A stretch of 64,000 nt of DNA from Octopus vulgaris (GCA_951406725.2 OX597818.1:18476001-18540000), one strand, 5' to 3'; numbered from the stretch's first letter, positions 1 through 13,777 are shown. Notes: generated from the sequence alone by a model not told the origin. Program-made: numbers and translations.

Positions 1-1565
1 ATGGTAGTGATCCCGACGCTCTAACCAATGAACCATATTCCTAAGCATTTTCCCCGGCATGCTAATTAGTCTGCCAACGGAAATATTACAGTGATGAATT
101 TGTTTCCTTTCCATCTTGAAATGTTACAATACTTTCTTCCCGGCTTAATGTTTGTCTTTAGGAGAAAGGGCTGTAAGTTATTCTTGATTGAGAATATTTC
201 CCGAAAACTTGCACTTTTGTGTCAATTCTATTAAAGTCACCCAAAGACAAGGTAGTAGTGTGAATGATGGACGTGAACACATTTCACAAGGAACCTCATT
301 CTGATGCTCTACCGACTCCGCCAACTCATTGCGCATGATTGACTGGTAAATTATTTTATCGATCTGAAAATTTTTATAGGCTACCTTGACCTCGCTGGGA
401 TCAGAACTCCGGGAGCAGAAGGCCAGAACAAATAACGGCATTCCATCACCCAGGACTGGTTCTTTAACTTCATCGATTTCGGATGTACGTATACAATAGA
501 AAGTTGATTCACTTCTTCAGAATTTGAACTCAGAGTGTAGGGAAACGGAGTAATTACCGTAAGGTATTTTCTCCCATGTTCTAGCTACTTTGCCTGGGAA
601 CTACTGCTATAAAGATTAACCTAAACTAGCGACCTTGACTGATGACATATCTCTTACTTATTCTGGCACAAAGCCGGTTATCTTGAAAGGGAAGGGCAAG
701 TCAATCAGACGCACCACTGTTCTCAACTTATTTTATTGATACTAAAAGGATGAAAGAGAAAGTAGACTTCGGTGACATTCAAAGAGCCGGAAAAAATATC
801 ACTAAATATTTTATCCGGCGAAGTAATGTTTCTACCTGTTCGCCATCTTAATAACAGTTCTTGCTGATTCGAGTACAAGGTCAGCAGTTTTTGTTAGAGA
901 AGCAAGTCGATTACATCGATCCAGTACTTGACTGGTACTTCAACGGAATTTGAACTCAAAATATATTGAATCAGATATTTTCTCCGATACGCTATCGATT
1001 CTGCCATCTCTCTGCCTTATTGGTTAAGGTAATATCCTTTTCTTAATGCTTAGCGGTATTTCGTCTGTCTTTATGTTCTGAGTTCAAATTCCGTTGAGGT
1101 CGTCTTTGACTTTCATCCTTTCGGGGTCGATAAATAAAGTACCAGCTGCGTCCTGGGCTCGATCTAATCGACTGGCCCCCTTCCCCAAAAATTTCGGGTA
1201 TTGTGCCTTGATTAGAAAAGAATATCCTTTGTTGACTTCGCTTTTCATCCTTTCGTAGTCTATCAAATAAGTACCAGTCGAGCACTGGGGTCGGTGTAAT
1301 CGACTTAATCTAAACTTGTTGACCTTGTGCCAAACTTTAAAATCAATATTCTATTCCTATTATGACAAAAGGCCTGCAATTTTAAATTGTGAGGAAATCG
1401 ATGACATCGAACCCAGTGCTCAAATGGTACTTAAATTATCGACTTCAAAAGGATGGAATGCAAAGTCGACCTCGGAATGCAAAGTCGAACTCAGAACATA
1501 AAGTCAGAAGAAATACCGCAAAAATTTTTTCCGACGCGGTATCAATTCTGCCAGCTCAGCACCTT
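1..1565. mobile_element. Cluster of ~6 degenerate tRNA-derived SINE copies (mostly minus strand; one plus-strand copy ~1045-1345)
   Basis: Recurrent variants of GGAATTTGAACTCAGAA, GGATGAAAGGCAAAGTCGAC and CTGGTACTT, matching the intact copy at 18938-19174. Confidence 0.8.
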
Positions 1566-1925
1566 ATTGGCATTTAGTGTTGCATTCTACCATTCTTCAC
1601 TCACCTCACCAATGTGGCATAATTGTATGGAGATTTACTGAATACGTTCGCCGTAGCTTAAAAAACTACAACGTCCAATATAGCATTTAATTCTTCCAGA
1701 TTAAACAAAATTTGATGCCTTTCATTATTCTGGATTAAATAAAAATAGTAACCACTTGTACTATATAAAACTCTAATCGACTCTGCGCCTGTCCGCAAAA
1801 TATTGTGGCCGTCTGCACGATTTAAAAATCAATAAGGAATAAAAATCTTTAAACATGGAGATGTTTACTCTGAATACAGGTATATATGCACGAACAAAAG
1901 AAGACGTGCTCATACAAAAATGAGT

Positions 1926-1931
<6 letters not shown>

Positions 1932-2000
<69 letters not shown>

Positions 2001-2020
2001 CAGACAGAGAGACAGAGAGA
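1932..2020. repeat. (AG)n microsatellite
   Basis: Direct reading. Confidence 0.95.
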
Positions 2021-2164
2021 GGGAAAATAAAAGGCTTCTAACGGTGCGATGTTGAATATGGTGGGAATTGATTTCATTCAGTGAAACAGACAAGTTTCGA
2101 GGAACCCGCCGCTTAGCGATAAGACTCCGTCGGGACTATTAGGAGACGAGAAATGTATCTGTTT

Positions 2165-2167
2165 GTG

Positions 2168-2231
<64 letters not shown>
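2165..2231. repeat. (TA)n(TG)n microsatellite
   Basis: Direct reading. Confidence 0.95.
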
Positions 2232-2234
<3 letters not shown>

Positions 2235-2532
2235 AAGTGCGTGAGCATCGCTCTTTCCTTCTCTCTCTGTCTCGTATATCTATGCATGTATATATGCACA
2301 GACGTATTCGTATACGCACCTGCAGTAACGCACGCACACACACACATACATACAGGCATACATATATTTGTGTGTATGTGTGTGTATATATACATGTATA
2401 TATTATATACATATATATGTGTGTGTATATATATATATATTCATACACACATATACGTATGAATATTTGTACATGAACATTTCTACATGACTACACGCAC
2501 ACGCGGACGCTTTCTCACAAAAACATATTCAA

Positions 2533-2576
<44 letters not shown>

Positions 2577-3509
2577 TCTTTGTGTTCTTGTATATATGTT
2601 TTCGTGTTATGTTATGTGCGTGTGTGATGTATACGAATGGGTATGCTCACGTGTTCCGGTGTTATTTACTGGAAACTATCATAAGATCTATTAAACAATA
2701 AACCACTTATTGAACAAATATTTTCCATGAAACATCTGGTGATAATAAGTGGCAGTGGTGACCTATTAGATTTAGCAAACAGCTGGAGTAGTTCTCTCTC
2801 TCTCTCTCGCACGCACGCACACACACACACACACATACACAAACACACACGCACACATGCACGCACACACGCGCGCATGCACGCACGCACACGCACGCAT
2901 GCACACGCACATACACACACAAATAAACCCTTGAGTGTTAATAAGAGGAAGAACGGGAATGCTCAGCACTGACTTTTCAAATGAATTCTTTTATAATTTA
3001 TTGAACGCTGACAGTTTGAAAATTGTTTTTATCAGTTTCTCGCGTACGGTCACCGGACGATCATGAAAAACTGGAACATATAATTCGTATATAATAACTA
3101 TACAATGAGAATGTCTGCTACTCGTAGGCAGTCCTCTTGTTACTGGTACCTTTGAGAAACTGAATTACACGTATATTCTCAATGTTTCGGCAAAATGTAA
3201 AAACACCATATGTTGACCCGAAGTATTCCTTACAATTTAAAAAATGTAAAAATAATATTTTATTTAGTGTTTTTCCATTTCACCCCTTGTATATGGTAGA
3301 TCCGTAAGATGAGGTGATTCCTGCAATGTCATTATGATCCCAATTGCCAGGACCTTCAGCCAGCCTTATTTTCATTAAAATATAAATAAATGCAGCATGC
3401 CTTATGTTTCATTAATGTTTGCATCGCATTTTCTTTTGTTACCAATATTATATTGTCTGTTATGGTTTTTATTGAACTGTGAGAGCGAGCGAGTCGGAAA
3501 ACTGCGTTG

Positions 3510-4039
3510 TACGAGGGCCGACTGAAAAGTTCATAGGCTGACGAAGATACCCTAACGGAATGTGACCAAATGAGGTTTATTTTTCAATAGCATTGGCTAT
3601 TTGATTTATAGTCAGTTGCCTGTCCTCCATCTGCATGTGGTGAACACAATCAGTGTTTTTCTTTGTAGTGGAGGTTGTAGGACGTCATGACCTAGGGTCA
3701 TCTTCAAGACTCTCTTTTCTCCTCCTAAATTCAGCTCCTCACTTTTGCCCTGGATAACCATCCTCTTATGTAGCAAGCATGTCAGCATGAGTGTCTTTGG
3801 GAACTAAACTATTTTCCAGCAAGTACTTGATAACACCGCGATGCCACATTTTGTCAGTTTTCAAGAGAAGTCGCTATTAGTTACATTTGAAGTCATCCTT
3901 GAACAGTCTGATGTCAGTTTACCTGGAAGGAAACAATGCAGCAATTCATAAGAACATTGGAAATTAATGCATGTAAGATTCCACAGCTCTAGCATCATCC
4001 TTCATAGTCAGCCTATGAACTTTTCAGCTCACTTTCGTG
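3510..4039. mobile_element. Internally deleted mariner-type DNA transposon (MITE-like)
   Basis: Imperfect TIRs TACGAGGGCCGACTGAAAAGTTCATAGGCTGAC and GTCAGCCTATGAACTTTTCAGCTCACTTTCGTG; no intact ORF. Confidence 0.8.
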
Positions 4040-4449
4040 ATAGTTCTTCCGCGTGTATGCATTCTGAATTCAAATCGCGTCGATGTTGTCTTTAACGTTC
4101 ACTCTTTCGAGCCCAAAAGAATAAAGTACCAGTCACGCACTGATGTCAATGTAATGGAGAAAACCCTTCCCTCAAGACTTTGTGCCTAATTTAGAAACTG
4201 AAATTTGTCTCTGGTGAAAGTCGGTTTCAAAGTTATTTTCATGACGGTGTTTTCAGTTTTAGCTCCACTGGTTTCATTTACAAAATATTTTCCTCGGATC
4301 CGAACACCTAAATTTCTTCAAATATCATCATATATTGCAATGTCTAGTAATAAACAACGGTTATTGATGATAATAGAAATTATTATAGCAGCCAAAACAA
4401 TACATGTACAATACAATAATTTATTTATATATTTATTAATTTACTAATT

Positions 4450-4450
4450 C

Positions 4451-4531
<81 letters not shown>
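4450..4531. repeat. (ATCT)n microsatellite
   Basis: Direct reading. Confidence 0.95.
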
Positions 4532-4532
<1 letters not shown>

Positions 4533-6521
4533 TTATTCATTCATTCATTGATTTATTAACACATTCATGTATGTATCTATCTGCTTTCCCATTTATTTTT
4601 CAGTTTATTGATGGTGATAGCGATGGTAATAAAAATATGAGCACCAAATTATGAGCTTCATTTCTCAATTTTATAAGTCATTCATTTATTTATATTTATA
4701 ATTTAATGCTTCAAAAATTGTTACAAGACTATGATGATGATGATGATGATGAAGGCAATTACTAATGATTTATTAGTCACTGACCACAAAAGCATACCGT
4801 ATTCGTAGGTAGAACATTAAAAATTAAATTAAAAATTAAAGAGGATGCTTATGTTTGAGGCGGGACAAACCTGTTATACCTGAAAGAGATTTATGCAATA
4901 AATAAGAGGTGAGGTTCTAAAATTTATGGGAAAATATCATACACATAATTACACAGAAGTAATAAATGAATATAATAAAACATCCTTATTGAAACGGTAT
5001 AAATAATTCAAAATTTCATTTGCGTTGATCAGGACACTCCACTGCCCTAAGTTCATATTCTCTTTATACAATGTCTGCAATTGTTCAACACATTAACGCT
5101 GAATGTTACGTAGTGAATTCTTTGTTCAGGGTCGGAAAATAAGTTCACATTTTGCGGTTGATTGACTTGTGAACGAAATACACTCAGCTTTATTATGCTT
5201 TATTATGTCTAGTCCCATCACATCCCCCGCTCAGTATTTCGTTTGCGTAGAGCTGTGAATTTAATTTTATTTAGGGAAATAATGGATTTCTACTCAGGGA
5301 AAACGGCTCTACTGTACAGAATATGCACTCAACCGCATCGAAGAGGGAATTTCCTCCATCGCGATATTTTACCGTTTTTATTTTCGTTATTTTAGGAAAA
5401 ATCTACCATTCTTTTTCAACCTCCGTTTGGTACCCATCCTTGTAAGTGAATGGCAAAGAATCACTATGAGGTGATAGGGACTTTCTGGTGATTTAAGTTG
5501 CATTGTCGCTGCTTTGTTGTAAGTTTCTCTCGTTGTATCAGCCAATCGATTAGGGAAAGAGCGGGCAATTTTTTACAGCAAATCTAGAGCTTCCCAAAGT
5601 GCCGACTTACACCACGCTGCAACTACTATAATTTTCTCTGCTTTGTTTTTTACGTTTTAGTTTTGTCCGTTCAAACATACTTTAAATGACTTTTACTCCT
5701 ACTTGAGCAGCAGCTTATTCTGAAAGCCTTCCTCACAGCACTCACTACAAGGCTTCGCAGAGAGCGGGGGAAGACTTTTTCACTACGACTCTCGAGTTTC
5801 CCATGGTGCCGACTTATTTCATGCTGCTGCCATAACATCAGCAACCACTGAGATTTGCTTCGGTTGCTTCAGTGTTTTTTTCTTCTACTTCTCATTTTTC
5901 TCCTTTCAAACATCTTTTAGACTTTTACTTCCGAATGTATAGCAGCTGGGCTTCCTAACCAATACTTTGTCTGAAAACCTTTCTCTCAGCATCCACTGCA
6001 TGGCTTCAGTTTGGTCTTCATTTTCATAAGGGGATGGATTAATATTGCAGTGAAGGTTGTTTTTCGCAATGATGGTTTATGTACTGTTCTCCATACTTTT
6101 GTTGAAAAAGTACGTGTATTTGTTGCTGCTTTTGTCGTTGTTGTTTTTGTTCTTATGAAAGGAATTGCATATTATGCTTCATGTTTTTGCTGGATTCTTA
6201 TTATATTTTCAATTACCATATCTTGTATCTTTGTGTGTCCATTAATATTTATTTTAGAATTTGTTTTTTTTCTCTTGTTTGGGAACTGTGATATTTTATT
6301 CAATGTAATTTCTGCTGGAGGCGGTTCACATAGAGCGTGATATTATTATTAACTTGGAGTTATAATGGTAAATGGAATTTGTTGCTGATACGACCTAGAC
6401 TTCCAAAAAATGTTCAGTAAATATCCCTATGTAAAGACCAATGTGAAAATTATTTCTTTCAGTCACGCTCGAAGAAAATTTAGAAATCTGGGAGTAAATA
6501 TTAAGCACATCTGAACAAGAA

Positions 6522-6638
<117 letters not shown>

Positions 6639-6639
6639 C

Positions 6640-7280
6640 ATATTTTCTTTATTGACCACAAGGGTCGCACACAAAAGCAAAGGGCGATACAACACAAAGG
6701 ACAGTGGTGATGTATATATAGTGCGTGTAAAGAGTAAAAAGGTCTATAAAAATTAACAATAAATAATCGAACACTAAAATTCCTCAAAAGCGAGGAAGCT
6801 CCACCCAGGGACAGCCAAGGACCCCACTCCTGGATACTCCGAATGCCAACGATACCCCATCCTTCCCTTCTCCATTCTCTCTGGTCTATAGGTGCATGCT
6901 CAGAGTAGGGCCATTTACATGGGCCATCCTCGCCACATTTACCCACCTTTCAACAAACTGACATGGGTGCAGCACTTCCCACTCCACCCTCACTTTCTTT
7001 TCAAGTGGAACTCTAAAACGTCGATGAGACCCTGGCCGAAGTGGAAGGTGACTGTCTTAAGTTCTTTAAACCTAGTCCATCACATTACCTCTTTTGTCAC
7101 ATCCACTAACCAGAGGAAAACTGCCTGCTCTTTCCTACCATAAGAAAGTGACTCGGAACCGTCCTATATGCGACAATAAGTGTTCGACAAAGCTCCACAA
7201 GTCAGCAAAGCCTGGACACTGGACGAGTGCATGCAGAACGGTTTCATCGCCCTGCTCACATCTCGGACAGGTCCGTCTGA
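6640..7280 (-). mobile_element. 5'-truncated Tx1/L1-clade LINE (ORF2 C-terminus and 3' UTR)
   Basis: Manual minus-strand translation gives TCPRCEQGDETVLHALVQCPGFADLWSFVEHLL (C-terminal CCHC knuckle of L1/Tx1 ORF2), then ..FHLKRKVRVE..FVERWVNVARMA; AATAAA next to the microsatellite tail. Confidence 0.8.
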
Positions 7281-7289
7281 AAGTACGTC

Positions 7290-7684
7290 AGTACCTGTAG
7301 AGCTCCAAAGTTGATGGACGCTTGATTTTGAAGTTCCTATCTCAGTACTCTTTAGCCACACAAGTTTTCTTGAACTCTTGCAATTTCTAGTATCCTCTCT
7401 TGCTTTATGTGTTTCTTCGACGTCCAAGGTCTTCCAGAATATTTCATGTGGACCGTCAACACAATTCCATCTGATTCGAAATTATCTCTAATTCAAGCGA
7501 TGATAAGTCGCATTGGTGGATCTGTTTTAAACTCTCTTCTGATCTGTTTTTGTACCGGCTACGTTTTCAAGCTTCCAGTAACACTTTAGAAACAAATTTC
7601 GTTTGTTCAAAACTTAGTCTGAGACAGTTTTCTAATGATTTAAATCTGAAAAGAAACGAAAATTGAGTGATCGGTTGTTAAATA

Positions 7685-7739
<55 letters not shown>

Positions 7740-7750
7740 GACACTCTGTA
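7290..7750 (-). mobile_element. Tc1/mariner transposase N-terminal remnant with left TIR
   Basis: Minus-strand FESDGIVLTVHMKYSGRPWTS (GRPR-like motif); terminus TA|CAGAGTGTCCAAA resembles the TIR at 27558. Confidence 0.6.
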
Positions 7751-8166
7751 TATATATAAAAGTAAACACAAAAAGCATTTAAGAATTGGAAATTCTAAAG
7801 CCGAAATAACGAATGTGACACTATAAGGCTAGATATACTTCAAGAATTACAAACAGTAGATCTTACTAAAGATCGCCGAACGTGCCATCCAAAGATAGAA
7901 TTCAACGATAAAACAGCAATAACAATAAATAGATGCAAGCTTGGCCATCACAGGCTTAATTAAAGTTTCAAGCATTGATAGTAATGCGTTGGATTCAATA
8001 ATATACGCAGTAACCTCTCCTGCTACAAAAGATTGCGGGTATTCTTTCAGATCCACTGAAATAGGAATATGAAAATCCAAATGAACAAATTATAAAACAG
8101 ATACAGATGAAGATGTCTATCTTCTCACTCCTTTATGAAACCAATAAGATATAACAAATAAAAAAC

Positions 8167-8244
<78 letters not shown>

Positions 8245-8251
8245 TGGATTG

Positions 8252-8282
<31 letters not shown>

Positions 8283-8399
8283 AAGAGAGAGAGAGAGATA
8301 GAGAGAGATAGAAAGAAAGAGAGATCCTACTGAAATGTAACATGACAAAACAATCAAGAAACAGAAAGAAGTACTAAAAATCAAAGCGTATCAAAAACA

Positions 8400-9230
8400 G
8401 GCGATCCTTTTTTATCGCAAAATGGTGGTGGGTTTCAGAAATGGTTCTTTCAAAAACAAAAACAAAAAACAGTTTGGTTTCAACCGCCAATGATTTTTTT
8501 TAAAAAATGTGATAAAACTAAGAGTGTATTCAATGGCGCGCGATCAACAAGAGAAATATAAAAAAAATAAATTAGTGGGAGGAGTATAAGCGGTAAAGGA
8601 ATCATGTCGGACAATGTTTGTTAAAAACAACAAACAATCCGAAGTATCGTGATGATTTGTAACATCAGAAGAAACAATCTAGATATTGAAAACAAAAGCG
8701 GAAAACGAAAAACTGGAAGTCAACATGAGATGATAAAATTTTAAACTTGTAGATGATGAGAATTTAAACTTCTGGTTAAAAATGCATGAAGTACCAGAAG
8801 AGACTTTTAACGAGATATTAACGCTACCGGAGAAAACATCTGACTGACTCACTTAGGGGAAAACCCATCATAATAATTAGAACCCGAGACAACTACTGAC
8901 CCAGGAAAGGCTTCCTACAACTTAATGAATTCGTTAACTACAATCATATTATAGAGAGAAGAGAAATATTTTGAAAGAGGAAAAAACCTGTTTCCAGAAA
9001 GGCCACATAAATACTGCAAAGACTCATGCAGATGTAATGATAAATTAATGGTCAACAAAGATATAATCGATGAATGCAAAAGGAGACAGATAGAACTGAG
9101 CATGGCAAAAATTGAGTACCAGAAGGCTTTTGAGGGTATTCGGTAAAGTGGATCCTAAACAAATTGTCATTTGTAAAGAAGCGCCAGTAAGGGGCAAGTG
9201 CATTGAACATGTCTAGACTATAAGGTGAAC
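8400..9230 (+). mobile_element. Degenerate non-LTR retrotransposon RT fragment, R4/Dong-like
   Basis: DKLMVNKDIIDECKRRQIELSMAKIEYQKAF resembles the R4/Dong RT segment DQLLIDKAILxDCKRRxxNLSMAWIDYKKAYD; many stops and frameshifts. Confidence 0.6.
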
Positions 9231-9447
9231 AATTTTGGCAGAGATATCATACATACATGCTGCATATGTGTTGTACGTATTTATGTATACATACGTATGC
9301 ACACATTCTCACACACATATACATATATATTTATATAATTACACACACACACACACACACATTTACACACATACACTCTTATTTATGCACATACTCACAT
9401 TACTTTTTGGATTACTGGTTTGTTATGTAATCGGTATATTACCCGTG

Positions 9448-9972
9448 GTGGAGGCGCAATGGCCCAGTGGTTAGGGCAGCGGACTCGCGGTCGTAGGATC
9501 GCGATTTCGATTCCCAGACCGGGCATTGTGAGTGTTTATTGAGCGAAAACACCTACAGCTCCACGAGGCTTCGGCAGGGGGTGGTGGTGAACCCTGCTGT
9601 ACTCTTTCACCACACCTTTCTCTCACTCTTTTTTCCTGTTTCTGTTGTACCTGTATTTCAAAGAGCCATCTTTGTCCCACTCTGTGTCACGCTGAATCTC
9701 CTCGAGAACTACGTTAAGGGTACACGTGTCTGTGGAGTGCTCAGCCACTTGCACGTTAATAAATGAGCTGCGACGTCACTGGTGCCCAGCTGTATCGGCC
9801 TTTGCCTTTCTCTTGGATAACATCGGTGGCGTGAGAGGGGAGGCCGGTATGCGTAGGCGACTGCGGGTCTTCCATAAACAACCTTGCCCAGACTTGTGCC
9901 TCGGAGGGTAACTTTCTAGGTGCAATTCCATGGTCATTCATGACCGAAGGAGGTCACAATCACAATCACACA
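9448..9972 (+). mobile_element. tRNA-derived SINE (resembles Octopus OR-type) with a swapped 3' segment; 12-bp TSD
   Basis: A box TGGCCCAGTGG, B box TTTCGATTCC; TSD ATATTACCCGTG (9436-9447) / ATATTACTCGTG (9973-9984); (CACAAT)n tail. Confidence 0.9.
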
Positions 9973-9989
9973 ATATTACTCGTGAGATT

Positions 9990-10800
9990 ATTAAAAATAC
10001 TAAGGTTTTTCCAGAAGAAATATATACCCTTATATGACAGGTTAAACTTATGTATTCAGTAGATATCTTTGAGAGTTATTGTCCCTAAGTTCACTATATC
10101 ATCGCTGGAAAAATGACTTCATATTACACACGAAATATGTATTTCCATTATTGATATGACAACCAATTTTGAAACGATAACTTGAAATACAGTTTATATC
10201 GGAAATCCTATTACGTTTTTAAACTGTTCTACAGATATTTTGCATGTTTATTCTTAATTCGTCCAGGCAGGCTCGAACACCAGATACGTACGCTGTAGTG
10301 TACGTTATGAGAGAATAACTTCTTTCACGACAACAATATGTTCATAAAACACTCGGCTTATTAGCGCACTGGATTCTAGGAGACTGGTGTATTTACAAGT
10401 TGATCTTGTCAGCCAGAATCACCCAGACCAGTAAATTTTGCGTTCGAAGCTGCCTGTACGTATTAAGAATAAGTCCTTGTTTTTAACCGGTCACTTCAAA
10501 GCAAAGTTTGATTTGTTTGGCTTGCAATATGTTTATGCAACCATTTAAACATGCACATCTCGATATAAGTATAAATTATTGTTACCTCAAGCTTCCAGAG
10601 CAAATAACGTTTATGCATGATTCGGAAAATTGCATATAGTATTGCATGATATTATAATAACGCTCATGAGATTGATTTTCGATGAAACAGTTACAAATCA
10701 ATGCAATAACAGAACTTTGTTCTCTCCATTTTCCTTGGTTATAAAACTCGGAGAATATTTGTGAATTTTCAGGCATGTGTTTGATATAACAAACAATCTC
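9990..10800 (+). mobile_element. Highly decayed Penelope-like RT/GIY-YIG remnant
   Basis: LKYSLYRKS near 10181-10207 resembles PLE RT C-terminal TSVYRKPT; the rest is fragmentary. Confidence 0.35.
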
Positions 10801-10869
10801 CAGATTATTATCTGCCGGAAAACCTGGACACGTAAATGTACGTAACAGCGTTTAACATCCAAAAGACAT

Positions 10870-10966
<97 letters not shown>

Positions 10967-10978
10967 AGAGAGAGAGAG

Positions 10979-11045
<67 letters not shown>

Positions 11046-11048
<3 letters not shown>

Positions 11049-12193
11049 GGTCATTCCATAAATAATGCGGTTTTTTATACTTATATTTTTCAAAATCAAG
11101 ACAAAGTTCATTTTTTAAATCTAAAATATTCTCTTTCATTTTCTACAATGTTATCTATCTGCCATGACGAAAAATACTCCTCCAGTACTTTTATCACCTC
11201 GTCTACAGAATTCATATTTTTTTCGCCCAAACGATTTTGAACACTGCAGAATAAATGATAATCAGACGGGACAGTGTCTGGTGAATATGGCTGGTGGGGC
11301 ATCGTTTCTCATTCAAATGCTCCAGCCTTTGAAATGTCATCCTCGCTGTATGAGGCCGAGCATTATCCTGATGGAAGAACACTTTGGTCTTGAAACCAAA
11401 GACGGTCGTTTTTCTTCTAGCGCTGACTTAAGCTGCTCATGCTGTTCGCAGTTATGTGGGTGAAGACCTTTTTAGCCTGGGGTGCCGGTGTTTCTCCTTC
11501 CCCTACCCACTGTCTTCGGTGCTTGATATTTTTATAGAGAACCCATTTCTCTTCATCAGTCACTATTCGGTCCTAAAAAGATTCATTTGTGAGACGTGGC
11601 AGCAAAGAAGAGCACACATTGATCTCTGCACGCGATTAGTCTCGGAAAGTTTGTGAGGAACCCATTGGCCAAATTTGCTGACTTTATCGATGGCATGCAA
11701 ATGTCGATGAATGGCTGAATGACAAAACCCAAGCTTCTCTGATAGTTTTTCAACAGTTACGATGGGATTTTGTTCCATCAGCGTTTGCAGGACGTCATCG
11801 TCGAGCTCTACAGATCTTTCAGGACAAGACTCGTCTTCTTGACTGTAGTTTACGGCTCGAAATTTCTGGAACCACCGTTGACATTGCCTTACGCTTATTG
11901 TCCGATCCCCATATACTGCATTAATGTTCCTTGCACTTTCCGTTGCATTGTTACCTCTATTGAACACATAAAGTAAAATATGCTGCATATGCTCCTTTGT
12001 CACTTCCATGATAATTTTGAAAGAATAACTGTTAAAATCGAACTGAAATCTTCAAAAGTTGCACTAAGAATAAGGACAAGGTAAAATTACTACCTGCGTT
12101 TGTAGCAAAATCATGTAGTTAGTTTATTCCGTCCTCCTCAGGCTTTTAGTTCATGCAATTGAAAAAAACTGCATTATTTATGGGATGACCTAA
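11046..12193 (-). mobile_element. Full-length, inactivated mariner (DD34D-type) transposon
   Basis: TIRs AGGTCATTCCATAAATAATGCGGTTTT / AAAACTGCATTATTTATGGGATGACCT; ORF 11563..12009 has HTH and WVPHKL; ORF 11108..11302 has PYSPDTVPSDYHLF; frameshifted. Confidence 0.95.
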
Positions 12194-12875
12194 CATACAC
12201 ACACACACACATATATAAATATATATACACACACACGGACACAAACACATGCGCGCGCACACACACACACATACATAAAACACCCTCCTCGTATTATACT
12301 GTTTCAAGTTCTAACACTCACGGAGCCGGTTCCTCTGTTTCAATGTTGTATAATTGACCGAGATCACAACACTCTCCGTGAATGGTATGTCAATACGTTG
12401 CAGTGCAACTCATTTCCAGCTGAGTGGACGGGTTCATGGTGAACACAACGAACCCACTATAATATAATATATTGATAAGTTTGGAAAGAGACATAATTAA
12501 TAATGCCTTTATTCACACTTAGCTGTTGTTTGGCCATGTTTCATTTCTTTTACTATTTCCAAGGTGTTGATGTTTTCTTATATATTTGAAATATCTTGCC
12601 TTGCATTAATCCATATGTAACCTTTTCACGAGTATATATTTTTAAATTTTTAATGTTTAGTATTTATTGATTTTTACTGATGTTACATATTTGTAGTAAA
12701 CATGTAAGCTAATGATGTTAGTATTTTTTAACTTTGCTTCCTTGTTATTTCTAAATCTAACATGCAGTTTGTGTTTGAAAAATAGAAAACTGTTCCTTAC
12801 CACAGATACAACCGTTATCTTCTGGTGATCTGATGTGTTAGCTTTGTTTATTTGCATTCATTTGTGAATATACAA

Positions 12876-12985
12876 GTGTATTCTATACTGATGAGCATAC
12901 ACATTAATGTAAAGCTGTGCTTCAAATTTTTGCGTACTGAAAATAATACTAATTGAACAATTTTACGAAACGGCAGTAGTTACAC
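12876..12985 (+). ncRNA. Degenerate hammerhead-like motif with long stem II
   Basis: CTGATGA (12888-12894) ... GAAAC-GGCA-GTA (12967-12978); stem I and stem II pairing are poor. Confidence 0.35.
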
Positions 12986-13115
12986 GAAAGTCATGTGGAA
13001 AGTTCAAATAATTTTCATCTCTTACACCAGGATTTGAGGTTTGTATGTATATAGTATGTATATAACACATACACACAAATACATACATACATACATACAT
13101 ACATACATACATACA

Positions 13116-13146
<31 letters not shown>

Positions 13147-13227
13147 GTATATAACACATACACACAAATACATACATAGATTCATACATACATACATATG
13201 TAAATGTCTGAGTGAGTCTGTGCGTGT

Positions 13228-13514
13228 GAAGGCGCGTGGTTTAGCGGTTAAGGTGTTCGACTCATGATCTTAAGGTCGGGAGTTCGTTTCTCCAGACACT
13301 TTATTTCATGTTGCACCAGCCCACTAAGCTGGCAAAAACGAGTAGTACATGTATTTCAAAGAGCCAGCCTAGTCACGCTGAATTTCCCTGAAGACTACGT
13401 GAAATGTACGCATGTTTGTGGAGTACTCAGCCACTGGCTCGTTAATTTCACGAGCCGACTGTTCCGTTAATCGGATCAACTGGAATCCTCGTTGTCGTAA
13501 GCGACGGAGTACCA
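13228..13514 (+). mobile_element. tRNA-derived SINE related to the 49748 copy
   Basis: Head GAAGGCGCGTGGTTTAGCGGTTAAGG; body GTGGAGTACTCAGCCACT; tail CGACGGAGT. Confidence 0.85.
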
Positions 13515-13777
13515 GATGAAGTCGAATAAGTGTATATTGAAATACATATAGCGTTTGAAATATATATTGTTCACTCGTCACGTATTATTTATATTGATTA
13601 GCATTACCATTGAGAAAAAGGGGAAAATTAATTTGATAATCAGAATTTATGACCATTGAGCATTAGAAGACGCACAATCACGTTTCGAGCATAAAAACTA
13701 AACGGAACGATTCGAGGTTATGCCGAATAATTTAGAGCAAATATTGAATAATTTTGAAAGTAAACCATATGGCAATT

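Noticed and set aside
2086-2137. Hammerhead-like CCGACGG..CTC-GAAAC-TT-GTC on the minus strand
   Set aside because: Two core mismatches and no stem I pairing.
6011-6340. Hydrophobic 109-aa ORF resembling a membrane protein (also 23383..23778)
   Set aside because: T-rich strand bias yields F/L/I/V; non-ATG start in the first case, and no recognisable motif or splice support.
9450-9525. tRNA gene (also 49750 and 39903)
   Set aside because: A and B boxes are present, but there is no acceptor-stem pairing or terminator; each continues into a SINE or PLE body.
11563-12009. SETMAR-like host gene
   Set aside because: No SET domain; bounded by TIRs and frameshifted, so an ordinary mariner copy.
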